This document shows, in pieces, positions 45,688 through 54,949 of a stretch of DNA of 64,000 bases (positions are counted from its first letter, which is position 1; the number at the start of each line of letters is the position of its first letter). Location of the stretch: the NCBI GenBank assembly GCA_028697455.1, contig JAQVEZ010000001.1, positions 3,902 through 67,901 of the forward strand, given 5' to 3'. Source of the stretch: Minisyncoccota bacterium. Lineage in GTDB: Bacteria; Patescibacteriota; Minisyncoccia; Phycocordibacterales; UBA1006. The position numbers and the translations under genes were made by a program. Under the pieces are notes generated by a model, which saw only the letters and a list, made by a program, of their open reading frames with translations, had not been told where the DNA came from and did not search any database.

Positions 45688-46143
45688 CTATTGTAAAGCG
45701 TGTCCATCATGGTGACTTTTTTGAATGGTTTGAACACCAGTTTTTTTATCTAAAGATCTTGAAAGTTTTTGTGAAAAAGGGGTTAAAAATATTTCTCCTG
45801 TAAGTCCAATAGAAATATTTTGAACGTGCCCTCCAAAAACCTCGTATTTTTTATTAGAAAAAACACCGTGGATATGCCAGTGGGGGTTTCCGTCTTTAAA
45901 ACTGAGATTCCCCTGAAGAGAAAGAATTTCAATATCTTCTTCAAAAGTTTTATTCGTATATTCTTGGTTTTCTGGGTCAAAAAAAGATATTTCTACCTTG
46001 CTTGCTCCTCCAATTCCGTTAAGCCACAAGGAAGATACTTGTGGGTACTTTGAAAAAAAGGAATTTAACGAGGCTATGAGGTTTTCGTTTTTTTCAAGGA
46101 TGAGTATATAAGATGATTTTTGGGCGTCTTCATAGATTGTCAT
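45688..46143 (-). CDS. PPC/DUF296-domain protein
   Basis: ILSLQGNLSFKDGNPHWHIHGVFSNKKYEVFGGHV resembles the DUF296 consensus (EilSLsGni..dG.pHlHvsl..G.v.GGHL). Confidence 0.5.
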   Translation of the reverse strand: MTIYEDAQKSSYILILEKNENLIASLNSFFSKYPQVSSLWLNGIGGASKVEISFFDPENQEYTNKTFEEDIEILSLQGNLSFKDGNPHWHIHGVFSNKKYEVFGGHVQNISIGLTGEIFLTPFSQKLSRSLDKKTGVQTIQKSHHDGHALQ

Positions 46144-46179
46144 ATTCCTATACTACCACATTAGTGGTAGTATAAAGGT

Positions 46180-46767
46180 ATGAAAAATAATAAATTCTTT
46201 TCAATAATCATTGTATTATTTGCCCTTGTTGTTGTTGCGGCCTTAATTCGTGTCTACAGCAGCAACGAAACATCCTTTTTAACCACAGCAGATCAAGCAA
46301 ATATTGACGAGGTAGATCAGAGTGATATGAGCACCTCAGAAAAACTTCTTTCTCAAGAAGATCTCGACAACTCTGCTCAAAATTTTTTTGGCAATCTGGA
46401 GACCATCCTTGATACTGATTATATTTCTCCTGTTGATTGGCCGCCACTTGTTCGTGTCCTTTCGGGAGAATCTTATCAGTGTGTTCAAGCAGGAAATGAA
46501 TTTCAGCAAGGAGGGGAAACGAAATCCTTGATATTTGATGGGGCTGAATACTGTGTTACCAAGGTTTCTGAGGGAGCAGCGGGGAGCCAGTATACTCAGT
46601 ATGCTTATCTAAGAGATTTTGAAGGAGAACTTGTTGCACTTTCTTTTAGTTTTCGTTTTGTTCAATGTATGAACTATGATGAGCCAAAACAATCTGAATG
46701 TCTTCATGAACAAGAGAATTTCAATATCACTCCCATTATTCACCAATTCTTTTCTCAGCTAAAATAA
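46180..46767 (+). CDS. Hypothetical membrane-anchored secreted protein with four Cys
   Basis: N-terminal TM/signal, acidic linker, Cys-containing globular part. Confidence 0.4.
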   Translation: MKNNKFFSIIIVLFALVVVAALIRVYSSNETSFLTTADQANIDEVDQSDMSTSEKLLSQEDLDNSAQNFFGNLETILDTDYISPVDWPPLVRVLSGESYQCVQAGNEFQQGGETKSLIFDGAEYCVTKVSEGAAGSQYTQYAYLRDFEGELVALSFSFRFVQCMNYDEPKQSECLHEQENFNITPIIHQFFSQLK

Positions 46768-46806
46768 CGTACCTGCAAGGTATTTTATTTTTGCTACAAT
46801 AGTGCC

Positions 46807-47379
46807 ATGTTTCCAACTTTTTTAAATGAATCCGCAGATTCTGTCGCTAAAAAACTTTTGGGGTGTTTTTTTGAGAGAACTATTAATAACAAAAAAATCC
46901 TCGTACGTATTGTTGAAACAGAAGCTTATGATCAAGATGATGAGGCGAGCCATACTTATCGAGGCAAAACACAAAGGAACGCAACGATGTTTGGAGAAAG
47001 TGGACATCTCTATGTGTATTTTACTTATGGTATGCACTATTGCTGTAATGTTGTTGCCTCTTCTTCTGGTTATGGGGCAGGGGTACTTATCCGAGCGGTA
47101 GAACCTGTTGAGGGGATTGAAATAATTCAAAAATTGAGAAAAAACAAAATGCCTATTAAAAACCTCACAAATGGACCAGGAAAACTTTGTCAGGGGTTGG
47201 GTATTGATAAGAAATTTAATGGGCATGACCTTAGAGAGGATCCGCTTAAACTCATTACTGGAAAACTCCAAAAGAGTGAGAAAATTATCCAAACAACGAG
47301 AATTGGTGTTTCTCAAGCGCAAAACAGAAAACGGAGGTTTTATATTAAAGGAAATCTTTATATTTCTAAAAACTCTTAG
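46807..47379 (+). CDS. DNA-3-methyladenine glycosylase (MPG/AAG family)
   Basis: AKKLLGCFFER...VETEAYDQDDEASHTYRGKTQRNATMFGESGHLYVYFTYGMHYCCNVV...NGPGKLCQGLGI. Confidence 0.8.
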   Translation: MFPTFLNESADSVAKKLLGCFFERTINNKKILVRIVETEAYDQDDEASHTYRGKTQRNATMFGESGHLYVYFTYGMHYCCNVVASSSGYGAGVLIRAVEPVEGIEIIQKLRKNKMPIKNLTNGPGKLCQGLGIDKKFNGHDLREDPLKLITGKLQKSEKIIQTTRIGVSQAQNRKRRFYIKGNLYISKNS

Positions 47380-47456
47380 TACTATATAAAAACTCTTTTT
47401 TAGGTTATACTGCAACTAGAGGCACTTTTTGTGTTCTTTAAATACATAATCTTCAT

Positions 47457-47972
47457 ATGAAAACTTTAATTTATATTATTCTTATTGTTGGAGTTATTTT
47501 AATTGCTCTCCAGCTTTTTAACAAAAACGAGGTAACAGCACCCTCTGACTCAGAAAACGTTGAATTTTTGTCTGGAACAGTTACTGGAACAGTTAACTAC
47601 CTCCCAAGAATCGCACTTCCAGAAGGAAGTATTATTAACATTGCTCTTCTCCAAGAAGGAGATGCAAATCTCGCAACGGTTTCAAGCACCGAAATTGTTA
47701 CTAAGGGAGAAAATGTTCCTGTACCATTTGCCCTTGATTATTTTGTTGATGATCTTGATGAAAATGCAGGGTATTACATTAAAGCGTCTATCTATTCTGA
47801 CGGAGGAGTTCTTGACTGGGAAGGGGATTCTGGAAATGTTATCACAAAAGGAAATCCAGTTGATGGGGTAGAGATTATGGTTTCTCAAGTACCAGCACCT
47901 GAAACTGCTAGCGAAACTAATGGGCAAGCCCCAGAAGCCACAGAAGGAGAAATTACTTCAGCTGTTGAATAA
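47457..47972 (+). CDS. YbaY-like secreted/lipo-protein
   Basis: Signal peptide; GTVTGTVNYLPRIALPEGSIINIALLQEGDAN...VPVPFALDY resembles YbaY-family lipoproteins. Confidence 0.4.
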   Translation: MKTLIYIILIVGVILIALQLFNKNEVTAPSDSENVEFLSGTVTGTVNYLPRIALPEGSIINIALLQEGDANLATVSSTEIVTKGENVPVPFALDYFVDDLDENAGYYIKASIYSDGGVLDWEGDSGNVITKGNPVDGVEIMVSQVPAPETASETNGQAPEATEGEITSAVE

Positions 47973-48079
47973 AGAGAATTTTTAAAAGCATCTCTATTAT
48001 GAGATGTTTTTTGTTTTAGAAAAACCATTATTGACAATTTATTTAAATTCTATTAAGATTAATACAAAATAATTTAAAA

Positions 48080-48418
48080 ATGGAAGTTTTCCTAAATCAA
48101 GATAGTCTTGGTGCAGATGATACTCTCGAAAATCTCCAAAAGATTTTGAAAAGATATTTGGTGACGAAAGCTTCCCTGAAAGGTTGCGGGGAAGGTGTTC
48201 TCACGGCTCTTCATATAGGGGGGTATTGGAACCCTTTTATGGGGTATTGGCCACTTGTTGTGGCAGTAACCCTGCAGAGCCAAAAGGAATATCTTCATCA
48301 AGCTTTTGCTTTCTCGTCATTGAGCGTAATCTATGACGAAGATCGCATCCTCTTTGATGGAGTAGCCTCAGATGAAAAAACCGAGAGAAGAATTGAACTT
48401 GCGTTCTTCTCTCATTAA
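48080..48418 (+). CDS. Hypothetical protein
   Basis: 112-aa ORF; no motif recognised. Confidence 0.3.
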   Translation: MEVFLNQDSLGADDTLENLQKILKRYLVTKASLKGCGEGVLTALHIGGYWNPFMGYWPLVVAVTLQSQKEYLHQAFAFSSLSVIYDEDRILFDGVASDEKTERRIELAFFSH

Positions 48419-48440
48419 AAAAACTTAATTTAAAAAACAA

Positions 48441-48472
48441 AACCGCTTTCGAGCGGTTTTTTGTATAGTTTT
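48441..48472. terminator. Bidirectional hairpin terminator (aaaccgct-ttcga-agcggtttt)
   Basis: Inverted repeat flanked by A/T runs between convergent genes. Confidence 0.45.
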
Positions 48473-49117
48473 TTATTTTGTAAGGGTGATATCAATTTTT
48501 ACGGTAAAATTATCGTCAATCATTTGGTTTGCCAGATTATCAAAGAATTTTCCTGACCCGAATTTTACATCCCAAAGAGTTCGGTCAAGTTGTGTTGTTG
48601 CAATGATGTGAAGCTCATTTTCCCCTGAAAGAGTAACAGGAAATTGTACAGGCTGAGTAATTCCCTTTATCGTGAGGTCTCCTATCAATATTCCGTTAAT
48701 AACTTCTGTAACGGTGAAATAAGCTTCTGGATATTTTTCAACGCTAAAAAAATCGTCTGACTTTAAATGGTTTGCAAGCATATCATTTCCTCGTCCCATT
48801 CCTGTTGAGCCAACGTGGATACTTTTCATATCAAAGGTAAAACTACCTGATGTAATTTGATTATCTGCAACCTTAAGAGAACCTTTGGTGATATTGAGTA
48901 CTCCCGAATCGAGATAGCCTTCTATAAGTGGTCGCCGTCCTTCCCAAGAGAGTGTTGTCGGCTCCTTAAGTGCGTATGTCCCATTTTCAGCTTGAAAATC
49001 AACAATGCCTGAAGTCATTTCAGGAGAGGTAGGATTTTCTGATTTTTTCTTGGAAAATACATTAAGAAGTAAGATTACAATAATGATAAGTGCTAAAAAG
49101 ATTAAAATTTTTTTCAT
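48473..49117 (-). CDS. YceI-like domain protein (secreted), third paralog
   Basis: Signal/TM; NHLKSDDFFSVEKYPEAYFTVTEV..GDLTIKGITQPVQFPV. Domain order matches 44375-45088. Confidence 0.65.
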   Translation of the reverse strand: MKKILIFLALIIIVILLLNVFSKKKSENPTSPEMTSGIVDFQAENGTYALKEPTTLSWEGRRPLIEGYLDSGVLNITKGSLKVADNQITSGSFTFDMKSIHVGSTGMGRGNDMLANHLKSDDFFSVEKYPEAYFTVTEVINGILIGDLTIKGITQPVQFPVTLSGENELHIIATTQLDRTLWDVKFGSGKFFDNLANQMIDDNFTVKIDITLTK

Positions 49118-49216
49118 GTGATTTTATGATATTTTTTATTAACAATATGCGAGTAAGTATATCATAGTTTTTTGAGTTGTTTTATCTTCTTGGTGATCAG
49201 CGGGATAAAATAACCC

Positions 49217-49702
49217 TCATACTTTTTTTTGTAATTCTGGGAGAAGATAATCCTTGCCGGTAATAACCTGGCGGCAATTGAAAGCTCCACATTCACATTT
49301 CCATTTTGAAATTTTATTTTCATCTGTTTCCCAGAGTATATAATCCGCAGTGAGCTCTTCTCCTATTTTTACATCTCTCATTGTTTCAAGTCTAAAAGCA
49401 TCTTTCATCCAAACATTCGGATTGCATGAATGATTTATAAAATAAGCATCACTTTCACCTCTATCTTCTATAGAAAATAAATTATCATCAAATTGCATAA
49501 CCAACATACCTCTATTTTTGGCAATATCGGCTTGTTTCTTGTTTACGTAATTTCCACCCCAAATAATTACAACCGTTCCTTTATTTATTGGTTGTGAAGC
49601 AAATAATCCCTTACCACGTTTTTTTGTTTCGCAAATTTCTATTTTAGGATTTACCCAATCCTCTCTCGGCGGTTTAATTTTTGATTTAAACAAACTAAAC
49701 AT
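49217..49702 (-). CDS. SET-domain protein (putative protein-lysine methyltransferase)
   Basis: FINHSCNPNV (SET NHSCxPN motif), ELTADY (Tyr motif), and a C-terminal Cys cluster CECGAFNC (post-SET-like). Confidence 0.65.
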   Translation of the reverse strand: MFSLFKSKIKPPREDWVNPKIEICETKKRGKGLFASQPINKGTVVIIWGGNYVNKKQADIAKNRGMLVMQFDDNLFSIEDRGESDAYFINHSCNPNVWMKDAFRLETMRDVKIGEELTADYILWETDENKISKWKCECGAFNCRQVITGKDYLLPELQKKV

Positions 49703-49753
49703 ATATTTTGATTATATGAGTTTTTCCAAAAAAAATCTAAGTATTTGTGACGG

Positions 49754-49825
49754 TGATCCCACGGGGAATCGAACCCCGATTGCCAGGATGAAAACCTGGT
49801 GTCCTAACCGTTAGACGATGGGACC
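49754..49825 (-). tRNA. tRNA-Glu (anticodon TTC)
   Basis: Minus strand: GGTCCCATCGTCTAACGGTTAGGACACCAGGTTTTCATCCTGGCAATCGGGGTTCGATTCCCCGTGGGATCA. Confidence 0.85.
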
Positions 49826-49899
49826 AAAATTTAATATTGGTAAAAATATTTTGCCTTTTGTTTTTTCAGGTTTTTGAAAAATCTGGTCTCTGCTCGCCT

Positions 49900-49926
49900 A
49901 TAAAAGGTTAGACGATAAGACCAAAA
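49900..49926 (-). pseudogene. Degenerate fragment resembling the 5' end of tRNA-Glu(TTC), ~75 bp upstream of the intact gene
   Basis: aaggttagacgataagaccaaaa here versus aaccgttagacgatgggaccaaaa at the genuine tRNA 5' end (plus-strand view). Confidence 0.35.
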
Positions 49927-50064
49927 AAGTTACCGTTACTTTATATAAGTTAGATAACGAAAGAAAGTATAACACACAAAAGTCCTTTTGCAATAAGCTC
50001 AAAAAGAACAGAACCTTGACCCCTCTTTTTTCTTTGGTATCATTAAGAAAACAATATAAATTAT

Positions 50065-50469
50065 ATGGTCCAATCCATTATACAAAGGCAGCGAGAGGTT
50101 AAAGAACGCTTTCTTGATGCCGTTGAAAGAGGGTACGAGTTCTCCTCAATTGAAATCTTCTTTTTAAGAAATGGGGTAGAGAAGCCAATTCTTCCTTTTT
50201 TAGGAACGATTGCTGGAACAAAAAAAATCCCCGGAGAAAGAGCTTCTGTTAAGGTAGAGGGAGATCTTATCGTAAGTGTTTTAAAAAACAAAGTTATGAT
50301 ACGATTTTCTGACCCAGAAGCTTTTGGAGAAGTTCAAAAAAACTTCGATCCGGAAACTATTTCTGTTTCAAAAATTATGTCCTTGAGCTACCAATTTTCT
50401 TTGGTAACTCCAGTACTTAATATTACTTCTTTCTTTTCCTTTCCTAGTAGCCTAAAAAGGAAGCGATAA
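50065..50469 (+). CDS. Hypothetical protein
   Basis: 134-aa ORF; no motif recognised. Confidence 0.3.
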   Translation: MVQSIIQRQREVKERFLDAVERGYEFSSIEIFFLRNGVEKPILPFLGTIAGTKKIPGERASVKVEGDLIVSVLKNKVMIRFSDPEAFGEVQKNFDPETISVSKIMSLSYQFSLVTPVLNITSFFSFPSSLKRKR

Positions 50470-50480
50470 TTAAAAAGAAG

Positions 50481-50514
50481 AAAAGCCGTCTTTTGAACGG
50501 CTTTTTTATTTCTT
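50481..50514. terminator. Bidirectional hairpin terminator (aaagccgt...acggcttt)
   Basis: aaaagccgtcttttgaacggctttttt between convergent genes. Confidence 0.45.
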
Positions 50515-50518
50515 CTTT

Positions 50519-51445
50519 CTATGCGTAGAGTGTTTTGTAAATATCTTCAACAGCTTTTACAGCATCTCCTGCCGAAATATTATTTTGGTGATAACGAACA
50601 TCGGTTACATCACCTGCTGCCCAAACCCCAAGAAGGGAAGTCTTTTGGGTATAGGGATCTGCAATAATTTGGTTATGTTCGTTTGTATCGATAACACCTT
50701 TTACAAATTGCGAATTAGGAATTTGTCCTATTTCTACGAAGACGCCTTGCACGGGGAGAAGTTCTTCAGTGTTGGTTTCTTTGTTTTTATAACGTACTCC
50801 TGTTATAAAATTTTCTCCATAAACCTCGAGGATGTCAGCATTGAGAATACCACGAACATTGTCTCTCTTGAGGACTTTTTCAACGGTGAGAGGCTCTGCT
50901 TTATACGAACTATTTCGATGAAGAAGGGTGACTGATTTACAGTAGGCAGCTAACTGAGCAACTGATTCAAAGCCTGCATTTCCTCCTCCGACAACAACCA
51001 CATCCATGTCGGTAAAGAGTGGCCCATCACAGCTAGCACAATAGGTGAGCCCACGATTCTCCCATTCCTTTGCCCCAGGAACCTTGAGTTCTTTTCGTGA
51101 CGACCCAGAGCTGATGAGTACAGTTTTTGTTTCGTGAGTTTTTCCCTTGTTGTCAGTAATTTTAAAATGAAAATCATCTATACGCTCGAGCTTTTCTACA
51201 CGAGTCCGAGAAAGGAGCGTTAGGGTTTCGTTATCAGCGTATTCTTCAAGATGTTTTTTGAAGGCTTCAGCAAGTCCATTTCCGGAAATTTCAGGAGTTC
51301 CTATCCAATTGTAGATAGTTTCAGAAACGGCAGACTGTCCACCGAATTCTTCAGCAATAAGAAGAGTTTTGAGTTTTTTTCGTGCAGCATAAACTCCAGC
51401 AGCAACTCCTGCAGGGCCCGCACCAATAATGACAAGGTCGTACAT
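50519..51445 (-). CDS. trxB: Thioredoxin reductase
   Basis: FAD motif DLVIIGAGPAGVAAGVYAAR, redox-active CASC (YCASCDGPLF), NADPH motif VVVGGGNAG. Confidence 0.85.
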   Translation of the reverse strand: MYDLVIIGAGPAGVAAGVYAARKKLKTLLIAEEFGGQSAVSETIYNWIGTPEISGNGLAEAFKKHLEEYADNETLTLLSRTRVEKLERIDDFHFKITDNKGKTHETKTVLISSGSSRKELKVPGAKEWENRGLTYCASCDGPLFTDMDVVVVGGGNAGFESVAQLAAYCKSVTLLHRNSSYKAEPLTVEKVLKRDNVRGILNADILEVYGENFITGVRYKNKETNTEELLPVQGVFVEIGQIPNSQFVKGVIDTNEHNQIIADPYTQKTSLLGVWAAGDVTDVRYHQNNISAGDAVKAVEDIYKTLYA

Positions 51446-51570
51446 AGTATAAAATCTGTTTGTTAATGACGAATAAAGAAATTATGAGCCTAGTATAGCG
51501 TGAATAAGGAGAAAGTCATAATTATTGACAAAATGTCTTTATATGATGTTTTGATAAAAAATCATTACTA

Positions 51571-51852
51571 ATGCTAAATAGCGAAAAAAAATTCAAAAAA
51601 TTTGAGGAGCTTTCAGAGGAAGAGAGGAGATTTGCTCATGATATTGCAAAAATTATTCTTTGCGAAGCACAGAATGGGATACTTCCACATCCCTCTTATA
51701 TAGCAAAAAATATAAGACCGATTTCTTTGGATGCTGATATTGAAGCGATTAAAGTTCCAAAGATTTTTTTGAAGGCCCAAATGATCGCCATGGAGCTTGC
51801 CTTTTCTCATTTTGGAAAATCAGAAATTGGTTTTAACAGAAAAACACCGTGA
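51571..51852 (+). CDS. Hypothetical small protein
   Basis: 93-aa ORF followed by a hairpin terminator (caccg-tgaga-gcggtg followed by T's). Confidence 0.3.
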   Translation: MLNSEKKFKKFEELSEEERRFAHDIAKIILCEAQNGILPHPSYIAKNIRPISLDADIEAIKVPKIFLKAQMIAMELAFSHFGKSEIGFNRKTP

Positions 51853-51866
51853 GAGCGGTGTTTTGT

Positions 51867-53009
51867 CTATTTTTTATTTCCTCTTCGCAAGAAGGCGGGA
51901 ACAGCAGACCAATCATCATCAGAATCATCAATCTCTTCGATCTCCTCAATTTCATCGACAGAGATATCTACGTCTTTTGATTTAGTCTTTGGTGTTCCTT
52001 CAGTTTTTGGAGCTTCATTTTTTTTGAGTGTTGAGAAACTCTTTTTTTGTGGAACCCCATCAAAGCCAGTAGCAATAACGGTTACTTTTATTTCTCCATT
52101 TTTGAGTTTTGGATCATGAATAGTTCCAAAGAATACACGAGCTGCCTCATCAGTAGACTCAGTAATAATTGATGCAATGTTGTTGACTTCACTCATAGTA
52201 AGGTCATCTCCTCCAGAAATGGCAAAGAGAATCCCTCGAGCCCCGTCGATACTAATATCAAGAAGGGGAGAGTTAATAGCCTGGAGAGCAGCTTCTTCAT
52301 CGCGGTTTTCTCCTTTTGCTTTTCCTACTCCCATAAAGGCTGGGCCAGCATCAGAAAGAACGGCACGGATATCAGCATAGTCGATATTGATGGTTCCAGG
52401 AGTCGTAATGAGTTCAGAAATTCCTTCCACGGTTTGCTTGAGAACATCGTCAGAAACCTTAAAAGCTTCTTTGAAGGTCATGTCTTTTCCTGCAATATCG
52501 AGAAGACGATCATTCGGGATGATAAAGAGAGCGTCTACTTCTTTTTCGAGTTCCTCAACCCCTTTTTTTGCAATTTGTTTTCTTTGTTCACCCTCAAAGG
52601 TAAAAGGCTTGGTTACCACACCAATAGTAAGAACTCCTTGTTCTCGTGCAATACGAGCAACAACAGGGGAAGCCCCAGTTCCTGTTCCTCCTCCCATACC
52701 GGCGGCAACAAAAACCATATCAGCTCCTTTTATAGATTCTTGAAGTTCTGCTTTTGTTTCTTCTGCAGAAAGTTGCCCAATTTCTGGGTTCATCCCTGAT
52801 CCAAGCCCCTTGGTAAGGTTTTTTCCAATATGGATTTTTTGTCCAGCATCAGAGTGATGAAGATCCTGGGTATCAGTGTTGACTGCAATAAACTCTACTC
52901 CATTGATTTTTTCGTTAACCATGTGATTTACGGCATTTGTTCCGCCTCCACCAACACCGATAACTTTGATTCGAGCAAATGTTTCTATTTCTGGGTTTAC
53001 TTTTGGCAT
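51867..53009 (-). CDS. ftsZ: Cell division protein FtsZ
   Basis: [17 protein letters not shown] and the tubulin signature GGGTGTG; acidic C-terminal tail. Confidence 0.92.
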   Translation of the reverse strand: MPKVNPEIETFARIKVIGVGGGGTNAVNHMVNEKINGVEFIAVNTDTQDLHHSDAGQKIHIGKNLTKGLGSGMNPEIGQLSAEETKAELQESIKGADMVFVAAGMGGGTGTGASPVVARIAREQGVLTIGVVTKPFTFEGEQRKQIAKKGVEELEKEVDALFIIPNDRLLDIAGKDMTFKEAFKVSDDVLKQTVEGISELITTPGTINIDYADIRAVLSDAGPAFMGVGKAKGENRDEEAALQAINSPLLDISIDGARGILFAISGGDDLTMSEVNNIASIITESTDEAARVFFGTIHDPKLKNGEIKVTVIATGFDGVPQKKSFSTLKKNEAPKTEGTPKTKSKDVDISVDEIEEIEEIDDSDDDWSAVPAFLRRGNKK

Positions 53010-53074
53010 ATGTTAAAAATTATTACTATAAAAGATTGTTTCATTCTATCAAAAATACACTATTCATGCAAAGT

Positions 53075-54247
53075 TTAAGGCATGAGCTGTCGAAAAATTT
53101 TACTAAAGAAGGTTTTTATCTTCTTAAGAGAAAAACTTCTTTGGGATCCCCTGTATGATGATTTTTCATCGTTACAGAGCCCATAGGCAGAAGAAAATTG
53201 ATTTGGAATACGTGTTGATTTTTTGTTTTTTTGACTTGTCTGAGTGATCTTGATTTCCTCAGAAGGAAGTTTCATCATTTGGCGAGTGTATTCATTAAGA
53301 TCTTTGGTATAAGAACCTCCTCCTGTAAATAATATTCCCGCAGGGAAAAGCCGATGTTTGTTCATTTGTAACAAATGTTTGTCTGCGAGCTCAAGGATAT
53401 CTGCTATTCGTGCATAAATAATATCTTCAACTCTTTTTTTGGGAAGGTCATGATGAGCTCCTTTTTTGATACTTTCTGCTTTTTCAAGCGGAATTTGAAG
53501 ACCAAGAGCAAGGTCGTTGGTAATATCATTTGACCCCAGGGGAAGAATCTCAAGCGAGGTTATAATTCCGTTTTTAAAAGTTGAAAAGGATGTTGTCTCT
53601 GACCCTATGTTAATAATTACAGAGCCTTGGTTTTTCTGTTGGTAGGAAAGAATAGCAGCCGCATCGGCAAGAGGTCCTGCGAGAACATCAGTAATAGCAA
53701 TGTTATTTTTCTCGATAAGAGATACGAGTGCATCAAGGTGATGTTCTGGGATAGTGATGAAAATTATTTTTATCTCAAGCCGTGTCCCGTACATTCCAAT
53801 TGGAGTTCCAAGAACGTCTTTGTCATCAACCCTATATTGAACAGGAATAGCATGGAGAATCTTTTTATTCGGGTATTTTGAAGCAAAAAGCTCTTCTGCT
53901 TTTTGGGTAACTTCTTCGGTGTGAGCTTCATCTATCTCGTTATTTTTCTTGGTAATTTCTATTGAGGTTCTTACGTATTGTGATTTAAGACCAACACCGC
54001 TAATACTAAAACGTGCTCTTGTGATTGGTTGTTTGTATTCGAGTTCGGCTTTTTTTATTGCAGATTTAAATGATTCAAAAGCTCTTCCTTGGTCAACGAC
54101 ATATCCATTACGAAACCCATGAGAAGGGTATTCAAGAGAATGAATGATTCTTGGTTTTTTCTTGCTTGTTAATTGGGAGGGGTCAGCTATAACGATTTTT
54201 ATTGCATACGTTCCTAGATCTATTCCTATGATATGTTCTTTACTCAT
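53075..54247 (-). CDS. ftsA: Cell division protein FtsA (actin-like ATPase)
   Basis: IIGIDLGTYAIKIVIAD; actin-fold motifs (DIGSETTSFSTF, GGGSYTKDL); immediately upstream of ftsZ. Confidence 0.8.
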   Translation of the reverse strand: MSKEHIIGIDLGTYAIKIVIADPSQLTSKKKPRIIHSLEYPSHGFRNGYVVDQGRAFESFKSAIKKAELEYKQPITRARFSISGVGLKSQYVRTSIEITKKNNEIDEAHTEEVTQKAEELFASKYPNKKILHAIPVQYRVDDKDVLGTPIGMYGTRLEIKIIFITIPEHHLDALVSLIEKNNIAITDVLAGPLADAAAILSYQQKNQGSVIINIGSETTSFSTFKNGIITSLEILPLGSNDITNDLALGLQIPLEKAESIKKGAHHDLPKKRVEDIIYARIADILELADKHLLQMNKHRLFPAGILFTGGGSYTKDLNEYTRQMMKLPSEEIKITQTSQKNKKSTRIPNQFSSAYGLCNDEKSSYRGSQRSFSLKKIKTFFSKIFRQLMP

Positions 54248-54258
54248 AATAAAAAAAA

Positions 54259-54660
54259 TTAGAGAGCTTTACTAAATTTCAGATATAACTGACGCTCATA
54301 CTTTTCCATTTTAGCACCATGTGTCATTCCTTTCAAATGGAGACAACTATGAATGAAAAGAAAGAGAACGTGTTCGCGATAGCGATGCCCATATTTTGGT
54401 GCCTCTTTCCGTGCCTGAGAAAGGGTGAGAATAATTTCTCCTGAGTTTTTATCGAGAGGAAAAGAAAGCGTATTTACAGGACTTTCCTTTTTCTTCCAGA
54501 TTTGGTGAAGTTCGATAGAATTTTTTTTATGAGGAAAAACCAAAGAAAGTTCATACTCTTTCCCTAAAATTTCATTTTTAACGTCAACAAAAGGCAGGTT
54601 AAGAATCCCGCCTTTTGTTTGTCGAATAATAGTTAAGTTGTCCTGTTCAAGAACGGTCAT
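54259..54660 (-). CDS. ybeY: rRNA maturation endoribonuclease YbeY
   Basis: HSCLHLKGMTHG matches the HxxxHLxGxxH zinc motif. Confidence 0.8.
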   Translation of the reverse strand: MTVLEQDNLTIIRQTKGGILNLPFVDVKNEILGKEYELSLVFPHKKNSIELHQIWKKKESPVNTLSFPLDKNSGEIILTLSQARKEAPKYGHRYREHVLFLFIHSCLHLKGMTHGAKMEKYERQLYLKFSKAL

Positions 54661-54666
54661 TATGTT

Positions 54667-54909
54667 TTAACGTTTTTTCCTGTCGGTTTTGAGAAGTCCC
54701 ATTTTATCTTTATATTCGTACTCTTTTCGCTTCTCTATTTTATTAAGAGCATTCATTTTCTTTCGGAACTCAGAAAGATTTCTTTCAAAATACCGTTGAG
54801 ATCTTTTCTTTGCCAAGATTCCTGATATTTTAACTTTTCTTGAAAACTTTCGGAGAACTCCTAAGTTGTTATCATTTTTTGCTCTTTTAATATCTACATT
54901 GGTAGCCAT
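54667..54909 (-). CDS. rpsU: 30S ribosomal protein S21
   Basis: 80 aa, very basic; VLRKFSRKVKISGILAKKRSQRYFE resembles the S21 core (ALRRFKR..EKAGVL.E.RRRE.YEKP). Confidence 0.6.
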   Translation of the reverse strand: MATNVDIKRAKNDNNLGVLRKFSRKVKISGILAKKRSQRYFERNLSEFRKKMNALNKIEKRKEYEYKDKMGLLKTDRKKR

Positions 54910-54949
54910 ATGAAGGTTATCTTAACACAAGAGAAAGATAATTCAAGTC

